Made by a program: the position numbers and the translations under genes. Shown here piece by piece: positions 63,113-64,000 of a stretch of 64,000 bases of DNA. Every line of letters starts with the position of its first letter. Within the stretch, counting starts at the first letter, position 1. The notes beneath the pieces were generated by a model. The model had not been told where the DNA came from, did not search any database, and saw only the letters and a list, made by a program, of their open reading frames with translations. Source of the stretch: Octopus sinensis (Eukaryota); NCBI RefSeq assembly GCF_006345805.1, contig NC_043004.1:74896001-74960000 (forward strand). Direction: 5' to 3'.

Positions 63113-64000
63113 ACAAGAAGGGCCAGAGAGGTACAAGAACATTCCGGCATCAGGGTGAACATTGTAGTGTCTCTGCAAAAGATGCTGCATAACAACAGCA
63201 TCAACCTGATTAGAAGCTTCAAGACTGCACTTGAAAAAATTCCGCGTGACTTCCTGGATTACAAGGTAGTTATCACACCAGACAAGAAACCATCTGGTCA
63301 ACGTTGAGGGAAGTTTAATGCACCAACTGTAAATGAAATAGCTGTGCTTCTGGTTGGGCAAGAACATGACAAGCATGACATTGTTCTCCATCTCAGACAC
63401 AGCACACAGACAGACACAGTCCAACTACAAATGGAAGCTCCCAAAAATACCATACTCACAGCATTCTTCAAGCTCTGTCAAAATGATAAATTTGCTACAA
63501 GACTACTATACAATGAAGTAACACAATTCTATACCTGGTACCAAAACAAATGGAAAAGACGTGCACTTGGAGAACCCATACATCATCCAGGAATCAAGAA
63601 CTCAGACACACTTGGTAGAGTCTATGTTGTCCATCCCAACTGCTCACAGTGCTACTATCTACGGCTTCTGTTACACCATGTCAAGGGACCCACATCATTT
63701 ACAGCCTTACGTATGGTTGATAACACAATGTCAAACATATCGCCAGGCTTGCCATCTCAGAGGTCTTCTGGAAGATGATGCACAGTGGGAAGCCACTCTG
63801 ACAGAGGCACAAATGTGCGAGTCTCCTATGCAGCTGGGAAACCTCTTCTCCATCATGGCAACATGATGGGTGAGAATGTCTTCATTCCAAGGATACCTGT
63901 CATCTCAAATGATCTCCCCTTTCAGTTCAAGAGACTGCAGTTTCCAGTCCAACTTAGCTTTTCAATGTCTATCAACAAAGCACAAGGTCAATCTCTGAAG
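63113..64000 (+). mobile_element. Internally deleted Helitron RepHel remnant (runs off the window end)
   Basis: LQKMLHNN..IRSFKTALE..KFNAPTVNEIAVLL..DIVL; TILTAFFKLCQND..LLYNEV..LGRVYVVHP..CYYLRLLLHHVKGPTSF; TYRQAC..GLLEDDAQW; GENVFIPRIP..FKRLQFPVQLSFSMSINKAQGQSL (PIF1 helicase C-terminus). One TGA and frameshifts. Confidence 0.92.

Overview
AT-rich, repeat-dense eukaryotic genomic DNA. The SINE, RTE and microsatellite content looks like a coleoid cephalopod (Octopus-type) genome; this is inferred, not searched. Two convergent spliced genes are present. (1) Minus strand, 13143-61164: the 3' part of an LRP2/megalin-like gene. I traced 23 coding exons by hand; all have GT-AG ends and chain in frame (3826 nt, about 1274 aa). 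They run YWTD propeller, EGF, 11 LDLa repeats, EGF, cbEGF, YWTD propeller, EGF, EGF, TM and a tail of about 120 aa ending [17 protein letters not shown]. (2) Plus strand, 2149-6033: the 3' end of a type I membrane glycoprotein with N-glycan-dense stalk exons and a MANSC1/C11orf24-like YSRIDYLVNGMY tail. One duplicated stalk exon is frameshifted unless a cryptic acceptor is used. Introns are filled with tRNA-derived SINEs, two lineages of RTE LINE remnants, mariner/Tc1/piggyBac-like MITEs, a Gypsy scrap and a deleted Helitron. The most striking unexplained signal is a set of about a dozen minimal type I hammerhead-ribozyme-like motifs from several unrelated short elements, probably derived from Penelope-like elements (PLEs). 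Several sit head-to-head in the arms of palindromes that otherwise look like plain MITEs, and several share an unusual U.U pair closing stem II. A second theme is four unrelated minisatellites, two with higher-order structure, each expanded from a different point in the same RTE 3' end. No CRISPR, rRNA or true tRNA gene is supported. Most long ORFs in the supplied track are microsatellite or minisatellite artefacts.
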